64,000 nt of DNA, taken from the NCBI GenBank assembly GCA_965224245.1, contig OZ245046.1:2048001-2112000 (forward strand), given 5' to 3'. Shown piece after piece: positions 63,348 through 64,000 of this stretch. Positions within the stretch are counted from its first letter, which is position 1, and every line of letters starts with the position of its first letter. A model generated the notes under the pieces. That model did no database searches and had not been told where the DNA came from. It was given only the letters and a program-made list of their open reading frames with translations. The translations under genes were made by a program, and so were the position numbers. Source of the DNA: Candidatus Eiseniibacteriota bacterium. GTDB lineage: Bacteria; Eisenbacteria; RBG-16-71-46; CAZAMP01.

Positions 63348-64000
63348 TCATGGCGTCAACCCCTCCGGCAGCTCGTCCAGCGTCGGCTGTCCCGGCGTCA
63401 GGAACACCTCCTCGAGCCGGGAGAACTCGACGAAGGGGTCCACCCACACCCGGCGGATGAGCTCGTTGTCCGACGGCTCCACGCGCGTGACCGTCCCCAC
63501 CGGGATCCCTTTCGGAAAGATCGTGCCCAGCCCGCTCGTGACGAGCGTGTCGCCGGGCGCGACGTCCTCCTGCGTGGGCACGTGGTCCAGCCGGAGGCGC
63601 CGGCCGCCGGGCCCTTCGGAGCGCACGACGCCGGCGACCCGGCTTCGCCGGGTCAGGACGTGGACGGCGCTCCGCGAGGACGCCAGCGAGCGAACGAGCG
63701 CGAAGCCCAGACCGCGCTCCACCACGTGCCCGACCAGGCCGTCGGGCGTCAGCGCGACCAGCGACCGCGAGGCCAGCGAGTCGGGCAACGAGACCCGGAG
63801 CGTCAGGTAGTTCCAGTCCCGGTTGACGTCCTGACCGCGACCCACGACACGCGCCGCGATGAGCGTGTCCGAACGCTGGGCGCGAAACCCCAGGAGCGCC
63901 GTCAGGCGCTCGTTCTCGGCCGAGGCCTCCACGAGACGTGCGATGTCCTGCTCGGCATCGGCCAGCGCCCGGCGGAGCTCCTCGTTCTCGGCCCGCACCT
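63348..64000 (-). CDS. mreC: rod shape-determining protein MreC (partial, 5' end outside the window)
   Basis: ENERLTALL, GLVG and LVTSGLGTIFPKGIPVG motifs. Confidence 0.93.
   Translation of the reverse strand, partial: VRAENEELRRALADAEQDIARLVEASAENERLTALLGFRAQRSDTLIAARVVGRGQDVNRDWNYLTLRVSLPDSLASRSLVALTPDGLVGHVVERGLGFALVRSLASSRSAVHVLTRRSRVAGVVRSEGPGGRRLRLDHVPTQEDVAPGDTLVTSGLGTIFPKGIPVGTVTRVEPSDNELIRRVWVDPFVEFSRLEEVFLTPGQPTLDELPEGLTP

Overview
This is a high-GC bacterial chromosomal window, mostly on the minus strand and mostly housekeeping genes. Gene content (PorV-family barrel, T9SS-CTD-like protein, GWxTD protein, HprK with mannose-type PTS in the rpoN locus) suggests an FCB-superphylum lineage such as Eisenbacteria or Latescibacteria; this is an inference. 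Minus-strand order from the right end: mreC-mreD-mrdA-rodA-lgt-aroE-comF-rng-rplU-rpmA; kdsB-pyrG-kdsA-kdsD-lipid A acyltransferase-lptC-lptB-rpoN-hpf-hprK-EIIA-EIIB-GH57-HPr-EI; metK-ftsK-lolA-hypothetical-bamD-nadD-coaE-prfB (+1 frameshift); a ~12 kb outer-membrane cassette (DOMON-like lipoprotein, beta-barrel, TonB-dependent receptor, CTD-bearing surface protein, PorV-family protein, GWxTD protein); pgk-tpiA-secG-tRNA-Leu; ftsY; radC; rfaE1-rfaE2; sucC-sucD-ndk-yceD-rpmF-plsX-fabH-fabD-fabG-acpP-fabF. Only lon, a DnaQ-like/GIY-YIG fusion gene and a candidate small RNA are on the plus strand. No transposase, integrase or CRISPR array was seen. The most notable observations are: a tRNA-Leu with a rare AAG anticodon at the secG locus; a permease-less PTS relay with a motif-altered GH57 glucanotransferase where EIIC/EIID would sit; an orphan promoter-plus-terminator structured RNA; an attenuator-like leader on the sucCD...fab operon; and the uncharacterised TBDR/CTD/PorV cassette.
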